A DNA stretch of 64,000 nt from Camelus ferus (taxonomy: Eukaryota). The notes beneath the pieces are model-generated. The model did no database searches and had not been told where the DNA came from. It saw only the letters and a program-made list of their open reading frames with translations. The position numbers and the translations under genes were made by a program. The stretch lies in the NCBI RefSeq assembly GCF_009834535.1, contig NC_045697.1, positions 110,176,001 through 110,240,000 on the forward strand, in the 5' to 3' direction. This document shows, one piece after another, positions 1 through 12,916 of this stretch; the first letter of the stretch is position 1, and each line of letters starts with the position of its first letter.

Positions 1-241
1 CCCATACCTAAATAACAATAAAACCTACATTAAACTAGGCAGGGGGCAGACTAGCTCCCAGCTGTAACACAGCTGGGCTCAGGATTTCACACCACAGGAG
101 CATGAGTCCTTGAATGGAAAGTACCCACAGGAAGGATGTTTCTCTTGTAACAAAACTGAAATATGTTTATTATGTTGGACGGTTTTCCATCTACAAAACA
201 AGGAGTTTTTACAGAAGAATATTCTGATTTGCATACATCAT

Positions 242-723
242 TGTCTTAGTCTATTTGAAATGCTGTAAGAAATAAACGACAGAAATTTATTTCTCATGGT
301 TCTGAAGGCTATAGAAGTCCAAGATCGGGGCACCAGAATGGCTGGGTTCTGGTGAAGGCCTGGAGACTGACTCGTTTTTTAAAAAATGGTTTTGGGCAGG
401 AGGTAATCAGGTTCTTTGTTTGTTTGTTTTAATGGAAGTACTGGGGATTGAACTCAGAATCTTGTGCATGCTAAGCACACACTCTACCACTGAGCTATAC
501 GCTCCCCTCTGAGACTGCCAACTTTTTGCTGTATTCTCAGACAGCAGAAGAGGCTAGGGAGCCCTCTGGGACCTCTTTCATAAGGGCACTAATTCCATTC
601 ATGAGGGCTCCACCCTCATGACCTAATCACCTTCTAAAGGCCCCACCTCCTAAAACTATCACCTTGGGCTTTAGGGTTTCAACATACAAATTTGAGGGGG
701 ACACAAGCATTCAGACCAGAGCA
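242..723 (-). mobile_element. MaLR LTR (MLT1A-like) interrupted by a SINE
   Basis: Motifs aaatttatttctcatggttctg, gaagtccaagatc, ctcatgacctaatcacc, caagcattcagacc typical of MLT1A reverse strand. Confidence 0.8.
372..510 (-). mobile_element. tRNA-Ala-derived SINE (camelid Vic-like)
   Basis: Reverse complement of GGGGAG.GTATAGCTCAGTGGTAGAG..CTTAGCATGCAC..TTCAATCCCCAGTAC; T-rich tail; flanking gagactg repeats. Confidence 0.85.
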
Positions 724-1679
724 ATCATGAACCTGGTGAATGTCTCCTTTGATTTCTAAACTAGTAAAAACTGCTACACAGTCTGTAAACATTTTCTTAG
801 TTACCCTGAAAATAAAATACCTTTTGGCTTGGGAAAAAAACAAAACAAAACACATCTCCTTTGGTCAATCTGGGAAAGCTCTGTGGAGAGATGGTGTGGT
901 TCAAGATGCATCTGAATGTTGCAGTAGAGACTTGGTGAACTGTGTGTGAAAGCTGGCATTCTTCTAGACTAAAAGTTCAATATAGAAACAGGAAGAAACA
1001 AACAAGGAGGTTTAAATTAAATATCTGAGTTGATTTTTTTTATTCCACCGCCACTGCTCCTAATTAATGTACTACTTTTTGGCAGTAAAAAGCTTCTGGC
1101 ATCAAGTGATCCAATTTATATTAAGGTAATTTCTACATACACTTTTGCAAAATCATCTGAAGAAACCAGCTAATTAGAGACAGATGTTTGACAACTACAG
1201 CATTAGATTTAAACTGATTATGCAAATCTAGGATGGTCTTACACAATTGTCTCAAAATCTGTTAAGAATCTATTTCTGAAGCCTTTATGAGTAAATGTTT
1301 GAGTGCATATATTGGGCTTTAAATAATCACATAGACTTGAATTAACCTAAACTCCTCTGTTTACTCTTGCTTTTGGTTCCTACTTCTTTACTTACATAGA
1401 AGCAAAAATTCCTGAAACCACACAGACAGAGGTTGGTAAAATCTAACCAAATAGATCATCGTAATTTTATTGAATATAAATGACTTTATTTTCAAACTGG
1501 TTTCTACATGTTTACTTGTAATAAATATATTTAGACTCATTTCTCCCATCAATTCATGTCTTAAGTAGGTGGCTTCTTCCACTAATTTCAAAAGAGAAAG
1601 ATTAGACCAGAAAGGTGTTAGCAATATCTATGTACACATGTGAGTAGTAAGCAGATAAAAAAGAAACAAGGAAAGTCTC

Positions 1680-4480
1680 GAAAACAGACTAAGTGAAAAA
1701 ATAAACGTGTAGCATAGTGTGTACAGAAGGCTCTCTCTGCTATAATGTAATGGAAGTTCAACAAGCTTTTTCTAAAACATACTTGGAAATGTACATTGTC
1801 AGGAACAATCAAGGCAACCTTGAAAATGAAGGGCAAAGCTAAACAAATACATGATAGTATGACCTATTATAAAGCTCATATAATTAAGAGAGTATGGAGC
1901 TAGTGCAAAGGTAGACAAATAGGTCAAAAATAGGGTGTAAAAAATAGACACATATACAGTCACATGATTCATGACAAATGTGACGCTACAGGGTAGTGCA
2001 GAAAGAGGGATCATTTCAGTAAGTGGTCCTGGGTCAACTGAATATTCGTATTGGGGAAAAAAAAAAACCTTCCTTCCACTAGATTGAAAAAATAAGTGAA
2101 AAGAGTAAAACAATAAAATTTTTGGAAGGAAACACAATAGAATACCTTCATCTCCCTTAAAAGGACAGAAAAAGTATTAGCTGTAAAGGGAAACAAATAG
2201 ATAAACTGAGTTTTATTAGAATTAAGAGTTTCTGTTCCGAAATAGACTCATAGACATAGAATACAGACTTGTGGTTGCCAAGGGGGTGGGGGGTGGGAAG
2301 AGATAGACTGGGATTTCAAAATTGTAGACTAGATAAACAAGATTATACTGTATAGCACAGGGAAATATATACAAGATCTTATGGTAGCTCACAGAGAAAG
2401 GAATGTGACAATGAATATATATATGTTCATGTATAACTGAAAAATTGTGCTCTACACTGGAATTTGACACAACATTGTAAAATGATTATAAATCAATAAA
2501 AAATGTTAAAAAAAAAAAAAAAGAGTTTCTGTTCCTCTAAAGACTCCATTAAGGGAGTGAAAAGGCAAGCCACAGAATGCAAGAAGATATCTGCATGAAT
2601 CCATCCAACAGAGGGCTTGCATGCCAAAAATGTAAAGAATTCATAGAAATCAGTAAGGAAAAAAATCCAACAGTACAACAGAAAGTGGGTAAAGAATTAA
2701 ATAGACACCTCACAAAATAAGTTATACAAATAGCCAACAAATATATGAAAAAGTGCTCAATTCAGTAGTTATCACAGAAATGCAAAGTAAAACCCCAGCG
2801 TGATGTACCACCACGCAGGTACAGAACTCCTATACTTAAAAAGACATTAAATTCCAAATGTTGGGGAGGATGTAGAAGAAATAAAACTGGTGGGAGTATA
2901 AATTGGTACAACTATTCTGAAAAGTTGTTTGATTTTCTTATAACCTAGCAATTCCATTCCTAAACATAGACCCCATATAAATGCTTACTTTTGTTCCAAA
3001 AACTACATGTATAAGACAGTGAATAGAAATATTATTTGTTATTTGTCATAGCCTAAAATGGATTCTGTCAATTACAAAACAGATTAAAAATTATTGCAAA
3101 TTCATATAAAATAAGACTATAAATAATGAGAATCAATGAACTCTTGTTACACACCCCAGTGTGAATGGCACTCACACATAATGTTCCACAAAAGAAACAA
3201 TAAAAGCACGTACAGTATGAATGCATTCACTGAAAGTTTAAAAACAGGCAGATAACGTTTAGTATTAGAAGTCAATAGTGACTATCCTTAAAGGGTGGGC
3301 GGGATAGTTACAGTAAAGGGCCAAGGGAGGGGCTCCCAGAGTACTGGTAATGTTTCTTCATCTGCTTCTATGCATGCATTTTCATTTTGCAAAAATCCAT
3401 TGAGCTGTACACTTCTGATTTGTGCAATCTTCTGCACGTACTTTATATGTTAATATGAAAGTTTACCAAAAAAGATGTAAGAGCTGAGTTGAAAGTCCCT
3501 CACTGATCCAAGATGAGTCAATTAATAGGAACATCAGAAATGGTAAGATAAGCAACATGCGAAATGCATCGAATATATTAGCATCCAAGAATTTATCATC
3601 AAACTAGGAAAAAAGTCATCAGTAACCTTTGGAGATGGTAAATTGCACCCACTCATATTATTCTAAAAACTGACAAAATTAAGTGAAATAAACAAGCATT
3701 ATCCTGCCTTTCTTGTATGAATTAAATTTCAGCGTAATCAAATAGTTGATGAGAGAGCACTTTTCTTAATTGAAGGATTTCGGATAATAAATGCAAAAAG
3801 AATAATAGAATTCAAAAATCACTCTGTTGAGACCCTTAATGAAATAATGTACGTATCTGCTGATGCAGTAGGAAGCACAGAGCACCTCCTAAATAAAGCC
3901 AGAACTAATCAGGTCTCTGGCTTGAAATGCCAGTTTATAGGAACTGCAATAAAAGAACACAGTAAATGAATCCTGAGGATGTAATCAGCCACATTTAGAA
4001 TACGGAAAATTTACAGGACAATTGATTTGATTTTTTTTTTCAAAAAATAAATACCATAGGAGAAAAAGGTAAGGGGGAAGGATAGGGGCTGACTATTCCA
4101 GATTGAAATTTAAGGGCTACAGCAATCACATCCACTTGTGAACGTATTTGGATCTTGATTCAAACATGCCAACTGTTAAAAGACATTTTTAGGTAATCCA
4201 GTAAATTTTAAACGGAATGGATTTTAGCTATTATTAAACAATTATTATTAATGTATTGTAGCTGTGTTTTTTCAAAGTTATTATCTGCTAGAGATACTAT
4301 TGAATTACTTATGGATGAAATGATACAGTGTCTGATATTTGATTCCAAAGACTCCAGCAAAGGACAAAAGTAGTGATTTATGAAACAAGATTGGCCAATT
4401 GTTGATTGATAATCCTCGGTACTCTGTAATGTATACACAGTGGTTCACTTTGCAGTATCTTTAAAATTTCATACATAAAG
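1680..4480 (+). mobile_element. Degenerate old L1 (L1M-type) ORF2 3' part and 3'UTR fragments
   Basis: A-rich L1 motifs (gtgaaaaggcaagccacagaatg, aaatagccaacaaatatatgaaaaagtgctcaa, acctagcaattccattcct). Boundaries approximate. Confidence 0.75.
2239..2520 (+). mobile_element. Young 5'-truncated L1 3'UTR with poly(A)
   Basis: Perfect 15-bp TSD AAGAGTTTCTGTTCC (2224-2238, 2521-2535); closely similar to copies at 23412-23740 and 51560-51889. Confidence 0.92.
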
Positions 4481-4486
4481 ACTTAC

Positions 4487-4678
4487 CCCATCTTTAGCTT
4501 TCACTAAGAGGTCATAGGTGGCTGGGTCTCTTTCCCTGTCGATATCCTGAGAAACGCAGATTCGCCCATCCAGTGGGTCGATCTGGAATGCTTGAGGCGC
4601 TTCATAGCTTTGGAACCCGGCATAAAGAGAATATTCCACAAAGCCATAGAGTCCTGCATCTGCATCAGAGGCTTTTAC
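4487..4678 (-). CDS. DCHS2: Internal coding exon (192 nt, phase 0/0) of a Dachsous-type protocadherin, probably DCHS2 exon 2
   Basis: Minus-strand translation VKASDADAGLYGFVEYSLYAGFQSYEAPQAFQIDPLDGRICVSQDIDRERDPATYDLLVKAKDG has cadherin motifs (AxDxD, DRE, AxDG). Acceptor ...ctctttcctcgctgatccacctcctgtcttgtAG and donor GGG|GTAAGT are canonical. Peptide recognised from memory as DCHS2. Absent from the ORF track because it has no start codon. Confidence 0.93.
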
Positions 4679-5654
4679 CTACAAGACAGGAGGTGGATCA
4701 GCGAGGAAAGAGAAATGCTAGCACCACCTTTCCACAGGTCGTGAATCACTGGCATGATGTGCACAACTGAGTGGTCCCCATGGCAACTCACAAAGTGTAG
4801 TGGTGTTCCCTCTCTCTTCTCTTACCTTCTGTGACAACTCACCCTCACTCTCCCCCTCCCTTTGGGAGTTCTCCTTCTCAGTCTCCTCTGCCCATTCCTA
4901 TATTTCACACGATCTCTGAAAGTTTGTGCTCCCGAGGGCTCAGCCCTTAGTCCATTTGCCTTCTTCCTCCACTCACTATACCTAAGCGATCTCATCCAAT
5001 CTCAAGGGTTTCAAAGATCCATATGCTAACAACCTGACAGCATATCTGTGGATCCCCCCTCATCCCTAAGCCCTTCAAGTGATGGGCTCAACACCTTGCC
5101 CTCACCCTTTCAGTGCAAAACAAGGAAAGGCAAAGAAATCAGGTGCAGTTGCTAGCAATCCAATCCAACTGACAGAATCTACCCTGCAGCATGAGATCTG
5201 AATTTCCCAAGCCAGATTTCCTTCCGTGAGTAATGCCCCCATCAGAGCTCCCAAACCGTCATGCAGACTGAACACTGCACAGAGGCACCCTGCCCAGGTG
5301 GTGTGTGGGAGGGAAAGCCAGCTCTGCTTTCCCAAACAGGCACACTGACATGGATCTCTAACTGTCCAGAGGAAAGGGTATCTTTCTCTTCGACCACAGA
5401 TACCATTTATGTTAGCAGTGATCCTATGCCTGGAAGGAAAGACGAAGCAACTGGAACTATGGAAGCACTTCGCTTATTCATGCTAACTGTGGGAGCATAC
5501 AGTGAGAAAGACATCAGGCTAGTGACAGAACTCCAAGTATCCTTGAGCTCTCAGGCTTGGTATAACGCGTTTGATTTGCAACCCAATACATAGGAACAGG
5601 AAACATCTAAATAGCGCTTACAATGAAAGAAGCACTTTAAGGGAGGATCAACCA

Positions 5655-5760
5655 AGAAGAAGAATGAGAGAAGAAGGAGGAAGAAAAGAAGGAGGAGGAG
5701 GAAGAGGAGAGAAAAAGCAGAAGGAGAAGGAAGAGGAGGAGAAGAAAGAAAAAAAAAGAA
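5655..5760. repeat. Purine-only low-complexity (GAA/GGA) tract
   Basis: About 105 bp of almost exclusively A/G. Confidence 0.85.
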
Positions 5761-5814
5761 CTCCATGCCACACAGCAGGTACCATTCGAACTGCTACCAT
5801 ACATTACGTACTTG

Positions 5815-5975
5815 TAACCTACAATGAACTCCATTTCGCAGATGATAAAAGTCAGGCCCAGGGAGCTAAAGCAACGTGCCAAAGACCACATAGCTAAAAA
5901 GAGTCAAAACTAGGATTCAAGTCCAGGCGTTTGAGAAGCAGACGGCACACTCCTAACGAACGTGCCATCCTGCCT
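5815..5975. mobile_element. MIR fragment
   Basis: ccatttcgcagatgataaaagtcaggcccagggagctaaagcaacgtgccaaagaccacatagcta matches the MIR core. Confidence 0.75.
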
Positions 5976-6828
5976 CTCGGGTGTCACCCCTTGTCATTTC
6001 ATCATTGCATCTTTTACTTACTGAAAAAACACTCCCCCAATCCGCTGACCTTCCTTCAGTGAAGAAGTCGCTAGATCATGTGTAACATCATTCCAAATGA
6101 CTTTTCACTTCACACGTGTGGCTTTCTCACCAGAACATCATTAACACGAAGAAAGGCAACCAACAGTGATGCCTGCGCTCTTGAGTCTTAGCTGGACTTT
6201 CTGTTTTCCTGCAGCCAAATTCCAGGTGGGTCCCCATAAGTGGAAAACTAGACAAAGTGATGACCATTGAAAATAAAAGGGAATTAAGTGGATCGATTCA
6301 GAAAGTCCAACAACCAAACCAGTAGACATTCCGTTAAAAGAAAAAAAAGAGTGGAGAACAGAGACAATGGAAGAAAGGAGCAGCTGGTCTTTGGTTCACA
6401 GAACAGATAACTGGTGGGGCTCCCAAAGCCACTACAACAAGAGGGGAGAGAGCGGAGAAGGCAGTCTGGTTTTTGACTTCCTCAGCCCAGAAGTTAGGTT
6501 TAGCTCACATTTCACCGGACAGAACTAGTTACATGGCCCCAACCTAATTTATAGGGAGACCAGGAAACACAGAGGACCACAAAGGTATTAGCTGAATACG
6601 GTCTCTGTCACAAGTGCCACTTCATCTCAATAGGAAGGCAAGCCCATATGATTCTGTAAGTCTCCAAGTAGCCTCTACTATGTAGTGAAATTTAAGTAAG
6701 TGGAAAGTCATACCCAGTGAAGGTTCCCCAATGTTCTCCTACTACAGATTTAGTTTTAGCAGTCCTACATATGTCTGTAAGGCTCTTTGGAGGGAAGAAA
6801 AATAGAAGACAATCAATCATCTACTTTT

Positions 6829-7356
6829 TTTTGCAGTATGGTCAGTTACAATGTGTCAGTCTCTGGTGTAGAGCACAATGTCCCAGTCATAAGTGTACAT
6901 ACATATATGCATTTTCATATTCTTTTTCATTAAAGGTTATTACAAATATTGAACATAGTTCTCTGTGCTATACAGAAGAAATTTGTTTTTTTAATCTATT
7001 GTTATATATAGTAGTTAATATGTGCAAATTTTGAACTCCCAAATTTATCCCTTTCCACCCCATTTCTCCCCAGTAATCACAAGATTGTTTACTATGTCTG
7101 CAAGTTTGTTTATGTTTTGTAGATGAGTCCATTAGGTGCCTTCTTTTTTTCTTTTTTTAGATTCCACATATAAGCAATATCATATGGTATTTTTCTTTCT
7201 CTTTCTGGCTTACTTCACTTAGAATGACATTCTCCAGGTCCATCCATGTTGCTGCAAGTGGCATTATTTCATTATTTTTTATGGCTGAGTAGTATTCCAT
7301 TGTGTAAATATCCCACAACTTCTTTATCCAGTCATCTGTCAATGGACATTTAGGTT
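6829..7356 (-). mobile_element. L1 3' end (ORF2 C-terminus plus 3'UTR)
   Basis: ORF 7157-7342 [51 protein letters not shown] is the L1 ORF2 C-terminus. Confidence 0.92.
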
Positions 7357-7588
7357 AATATTCTTACTATCTATACTCATTTAACTCCAGACTGAAAAAA
7401 AGATCTACTTTTCATCAATACAATATAACTTCAGAAGCTAAACCTTAATTATTATGCTTCCCGAAGGAAACCCCATCCCAGTAACATGTTCAACAACCAC
7501 AAGCTCTCAAGAAGCCTGCCCTTCATCCCACTCTAACTTGAGTATATAACTGGAGTGTGACTTTGGGGGCTACCTGTGTAGTCTAGCC

Positions 7589-7796
7589 CAGTGTTCTGCA
7601 TCAGGGGCAAGTTTGCCCCCATGAGAACATTCAAGCATTGTCTAGAGACAGTCCAATTGCCACAGCTGGGGAGAAGGTGCTGCTGGCATCTGGCGGGTTG
7701 AAGCCAGAGATACTGCTAAGTCATACACAGAATAGACCTCACAACAAAGAATTTTCTGGCCCAAGATATCAAGAATACCAAGGCTGAGAACCCCTG
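7589..7796. mobile_element. MER20 hAT-type MITE
   Basis: CAGTG...aggctgagaacccCTG ends; internal tgctgctggcatctggcgggttgaagccagagatactgctaa and acaacaaagaatt..ctggcccaa. Confidence 0.85.
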
Positions 7797-9322
7797 CATA
7801 TGATGAGACTCTTAACAATTGGCAATGTTATTTCCCTCTTTAATTTTTTTCAGGTGATGACACAGTCTTTTAAATTTCTCTTTGCTCGCATCCATCTCAT
7901 ATCCTCTGGCAAAATTATTCATCCTGTGCAACCAGTTAACATGCCTTGTGCGTTATTCTTCCCATCAGATGGGTGGAACCAGGAAATCCACAAACTACCC
8001 CACTACAAAGAATTAAATTGCAAGTACATTTGGTCTATTCCATGCTGGCAGCTGTTAATGATTTAGTAGCTTCAAGTTCCCAAAGACACCAAATATATCT
8101 TCTAAAACCATATGGTATTCTCAATAACTTTGGCTTGATTGGAAGATAAATACAATGAACTTCAAATTTTGAAATTCATTCTCAGTGTATAATAGCACAT
8201 ATTAAGAAGCAATTTGGCTTATATAAAACAAATTTTCTTATTTCCACTTTCAAGAACGTTTTCTCATCTGAACCTTTGGCAAAGCAAAATATAAGGAGGC
8301 AAAAGCAGAAGGGTGCTGATCCCAGTTTACGTCAGCAGTTCAGATCCTGAGTTCCAGAGTCATAAAATAAGGATATATTCTTCCCTGTGTTACTCAGCTC
8401 CCTAAAAATACTGACCTGATATTCCAGAACAGCATATCCTACCTATTAATAACTGGTCTTGAATGTCTATAATTAATTTAGCATTTTTAAGAGGTCCGTA
8501 TTTTCCAATATCTATTGACTTACACATAAAATTTAGGTAATTTATAATAAGAGAAAATGGAACTGGCTCTGCCTAATTTTCAAGAGGAAATCCTGGTGAG
8601 TAAATACCTTCAGTGGGCCCTTTCTTCAGAGATGGCTGTCAAATCAAAGTGAGAAGCATCTGTTCAGAGTCTATTATCACTATCTTTGGTGTTAAATTGG
8701 GGATCTAGGGACCTCGGAGGCTCTTATACCTAAATCTATTCTGAGAGCCACAGTCCAGCTCCCTCCATGCCATCCTTGTGTTCCTCATCTTAACCTCAAT
8801 TTTACCTTGTTTTGGACTGGGATGAATTTGATGACTTTTACTTTCAACTTATTCTAACTGAGAACTGTTCTCTCTTAGTGTGAGCTTTCACAAATTTAAT
8901 GGAGGCATTATAAAGATGCAAAATATTAATATAATATTAATAGTTCCCTGATTCCATTATTAGGGTCCTGAAACTTAAAGAATTTTTACCACTTCCTTCC
9001 TTTTAACTTCTGGGTAAGGATTTTTCCATATGAATGTGTCATGGAGACAAGGCAAACTGCCTCTTGAAAATATGTTCTCATACCCTACAAATAGGTCGGA
9101 TCTATTTGCTTTCCTCTCACCAGCATAGCCTCCCTCTTTCTGGGAAGGTCTCTTCTTCAACAACTGGGCAACTGCCCAGCCAACTGGCACCCAAAAACCC
9201 AAAAGTCAACCAAAAGTCAAGGGGTGATATATTGTTAACAACACCGTCCCTTCCTACTGCTGGGCAATCACATCACTCAACTTAGTAGCTGCTATATAAA
9301 AGCCTCAGAGCCCAATCCAAAA

Positions 9323-9360
<38 letters not shown>

Positions 9361-9978
9361 GAGCAATGAAACCAAAGCATCCTAGAAAAAAAAAAAAAAA
9401 GGCTGTATTTCAAATGAAGTTTAAAATTAAATAAAACATTTTAATTTTTTTCTTGTTATAATTTCCAAAGTTTCTGCCATAAACATAAACTAGTGTGAAG
9501 AAACAAGGTTGTTGACACAACACGCTCACACATAGAACTTCAAAAAGAAAGAAGGAGAAAAAGAAATCACCAGATAACTTTTTACATTTGACTTCCTTGG
9601 CCAACCAAAGATCCTACAGCTGAAACAGGATAATAGTCCGATGGAAGTTGGATTCAGCATTGGGGACTACAATGGAATCAAGTAGGCCACTCTTTGAACA
9701 CAATTTTGGCAAGGTGGCCAACGACCAAGTCTTACCAAGTCTAATAAGCAAGGCTGGGTCCTTATTTTCTACACCCCTTAGCTGCCTGTCACATACTTAA
9801 TCATCTTCTTATTGGAACATCTCCTCATCAGACACCGCACTCCAACCCTCCTCCTGTTGGAACACCTCGCTGACTCCTTTCAGTTCCCTTTACTGGCTCT
9901 GTTCTCTTCCTGTCCTCTGAACTCTGCAGTGCCCTGGAGCTCAGTCTGGGGACCACCTCACTTTCAATCCACACTCAT

Positions 9979-10445
9979 TGTCTGAATGGGGTTGAACAGT
10001 GGTCCCCCAAAAGAACTGTCTGCCTCCTAATCCCTGGAAATCGTGGATTTTATTTATCAAAGAGTGACTATTACCTTGTATTGCCAAAACTGTGATTAAG
10101 TTAACAATTCTGCCAGGAGTTTATCCTGGATAATCTAGATGAGCCCTTAATCCAATGTCCTTGTAAGAAGGAGGCAGAGAGATGTGGCAGACAGAGGAGG
10201 AGGAAGCTACGTGAACACGGAAGCAGAGAGTGGAGTGATGGGGCCCCAAGTCCAGGAACACTTCACAGGCATCAGAAGCTGGAAAAAAACAAAGAAGGGT
10301 TTACCCACTAGAGGCCCCAGAGGAGACAAGGCCTGCTGCATTTGGAAGTCTAACCTCTAGAACCATGAGCAACAATAATTTCTATTGCTTTAAGCCATGA
10401 AGTTCATGGTTATTGGTTACCAAAGTCCTAGGACACTAATCCACA
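9979..10445 (+). mobile_element. MaLR LTR (MLT1C/D-like) inside an L2 fragment
   Basis: ggtcccccaaaaga, gtgattaagttaa, ttatcctggataatc, cagaagctggaa, tttaagcca..cactaatccaca; L2-like sequence on both sides (about 9770-10900). Confidence 0.8.
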
Positions 10446-11003
10446 ACCCTGAGTGATCTGGCCCAAGCCCAAGGCATTAAACCCACGTATATTCCCCCAA
10501 TGTTGTATCTTGGTCCTGCCCTCCAGATTCAGGCATCATCCTGCCACCAATTACACCTCCTCTTAGGCGTCTAATAGGCACTTCAAATATAATATGATCA
10601 AATAAAACTCTTCAGTCCCACTGCTCCAAAATCTGCTCTTCCCCCAGTGTTTTTAGTGACTGGCACTACGATTCACTTACTGTATCGCAGCCAGAGATAT
10701 TACTAAAACAACAGAAAATTGTGTCACCCACCCTGAGAGCACGTATCTCTACACGACATTATATATTTTTATTTGTGTGTGCAGTATTTGTCTTCCCTGC
10801 TGCAATTACGCTGATCTTGCTCCCTGCTGCATCTCCGGCACCCACAGCAGCAGTGCCTGGCTCATACTGAAGATGCTATAAAAATGTGCGGCGTGAATGA
10901 ATGTATCTAACGCTGTGTATAAAATGCAAGCATGTTTTAGAAATAGCTTTCAGAACTAGTCTCTCTAGTTTGACTCTTAGGGAAAACACAGAAGAACAAG
11001 ACA

Positions 11004-11764
11004 GCCTTGCAGACACCACGGACACCCTCCGGAGGTTCACGCACTGCCCAGCCACGGTCAACCCACCATGGTTTTTTTGACACAGCCATAGCCAGCGAGC
11101 TCTTGGCCCATGTCTCTTTTGAGCTGTTTCCAAACGAATTTCCAAAGACAAGCAGAAAACTGTCATGCTCTGAGCACTGGGGAGAAGGGATTTGTTACAA
11201 GGGTTCCTGCTTTCAGAGAATTATTCCAGTGTTTACAGGTCAGGGTGGTGACTTCATATGCCAATATGGCAAAGGCAGCAAGTCCATCTAAGGGAGAAAT
11301 TTGATGATGATAATTTTATCCTGAAGCATATGGGTCCGGGCATCTTGTCCATGGCATATGCTGGACCCAATATGAATGGTTCCAAGTTTTTCATCTGCGC
11401 TGCCCAGACAGAATGGTGGAATGGCAAGCAGGTGGTGCTTGGCAAGGTGAAAGAGGGAGTGAATATTGTGGAAACCATGGAAAGGTATGGGGTAGGAATG
11501 GCAAGACCAAAGGGAAAAAAAATCACCCTTGCCCAAGGTGGATAACTCTCATCAATTTGACTTGCATTTTATCTTAACCACCAGACCATTCCTTCCTGTA
11601 GCTCAGGAGAGCACCCGCTATTCCCTGCCTGCGGGCAATACCACATGATCTCTGTGTTCTCACTGCACTTCTTCGGGTTCCATATTTTCCTTGTCCCCCT
11701 CTAGGTCTTTCTGGATGGCAGAGTTAAGTTTATGGTTATGAACTAAAACTTAAACAGTGACAGC
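11004..11764 (+). pseudogene. PPIA: Processed cyclophilin A (PPIA) pseudogene, near full length with UTRs
   Basis: Intronless. Start codon decayed to ACG at 11054 (gccACGgtcaaccc). Peptides YKGSCFQRIIP..GQGGDF and [52 protein letters not shown]. Stop at 11289-11291 and frameshifts. PPIA-like 3'UTR. Flanking direct repeat AACAAGACA at 10995-11003 and 11765-11773. Confidence 0.95.
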
Positions 11765-12816
11765 AACAAGACATTTCACAACACCCAGAAAACACTCATT
11801 GAGGAATATTTTTTTAATTCCCAAAACACAATCTGTTCACCAAACTATGTCATCATAGCATAAAATCCAAAATGCTAAAACTGGCAAAAGAAAATGAAAA
11901 CTATCTTAAGGCATGTGGAACCATTCAGAAGTTGGAAACAAAACTGTATTTTATTTTCAGAGAAGTTGACCAAGCTGTTAGAATAAACGGAATATATACT
12001 ATCATATTGCAATTTTAAAAAAGGTTACTGTTCTGATAACATGTTTTTATTGCCTTAATTAAGGAGTGGGATTAAGAAACCACTAATCCTGCTACTTCTT
12101 GCCCCACTCTTTCCCCCAAAAAAAGCCAAAAGAAATTTTGTGAGAAGAGACCAATGGGGAAGGGTGAGGTTGTAACTTGTTCTATGAGTTATTACAAAGT
12201 AAACAATTGAAAAACAGTGTGATCTGAAAACAAAAAAAGTTGGCAGGCAGGTCCATAGAAGACAAAAGTAGGACCTGAAACAGATCCTGGTAAACCTAGT
12301 TTTTTCTCTAATACAAAGAAAACATCATAAACCACAGAGGAATGTGGGTTTATCCACATAAGTTGCTAGAAAAATTGGCAAAGTACATGGGGAAAAAATC
12401 AAGTTTGATATTAACCTCACACCAAAATAAATTATACACAGATATGTTAAATGTAAATAATGAAATCATTTAAGGCACAATGAATATATAGGAAAATTCT
12501 TGACTGATTCTTGCACTGGAAAGAAATTTCAAAGCAAAAAGGAATTACAAAACTAAAACAGATGGACAAAAATCACAAAGGGAAAAGTCAATGCAATGAC
12601 TACATAACCATTTAAAACTTCACTGTGTCAAAAACACCACACACAAAAATACCTAAATGCAAATTTGGTATAACGTCTGTATGAAATGAAAAAAAAAGTG
12701 ATTATGGAAATAAATCTTTAAAAATAAACATAATATTGATTTCTCATTACCAAAAAATTAGGCAAAGGATATGAACAATAATTCACAGAAGAATAAATAT
12801 ATTTAAAATATTCAGC

Positions 12817-12916
12817 AGGGGGGAGGGTATAGCTCAGTGGTAGAGTACATGCTTAGCATGCACAAGGTCCTGGGTTCAATCCCTAGTGCCTCCACTAAAA
12901 ATAATAATAATAATAA
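12817..12916 (+). mobile_element. tRNA-Ala-derived SINE (Vic-like)
   Basis: GGGGAGGGTATAGCTCAGTGGTAGAGTACATGCTTAGCATGCACAAGGTCCTGGGTTCAATCCC; (TAA)n tail; TSD TAAAATATTCAGC (12804-12816, 12917-12929). Confidence 0.92.

Noticed and set aside
5571..5897. E/K/G-rich and complementary F/L/S-rich ORFs
   Set aside because: Translation of a purine low-complexity tract.
11258..11545. 95-aa cyclophilin-like ORF
   Set aside because: Fragment of a pseudogene with a lost start, a stop and frameshifts.
12817..12896. tRNA-Ala(AGC)-like sequences here and at about 430, 25961, 41358 and 50240
   Set aside because: A-rich tails and TSDs identify them as SINEs, not tRNA genes.
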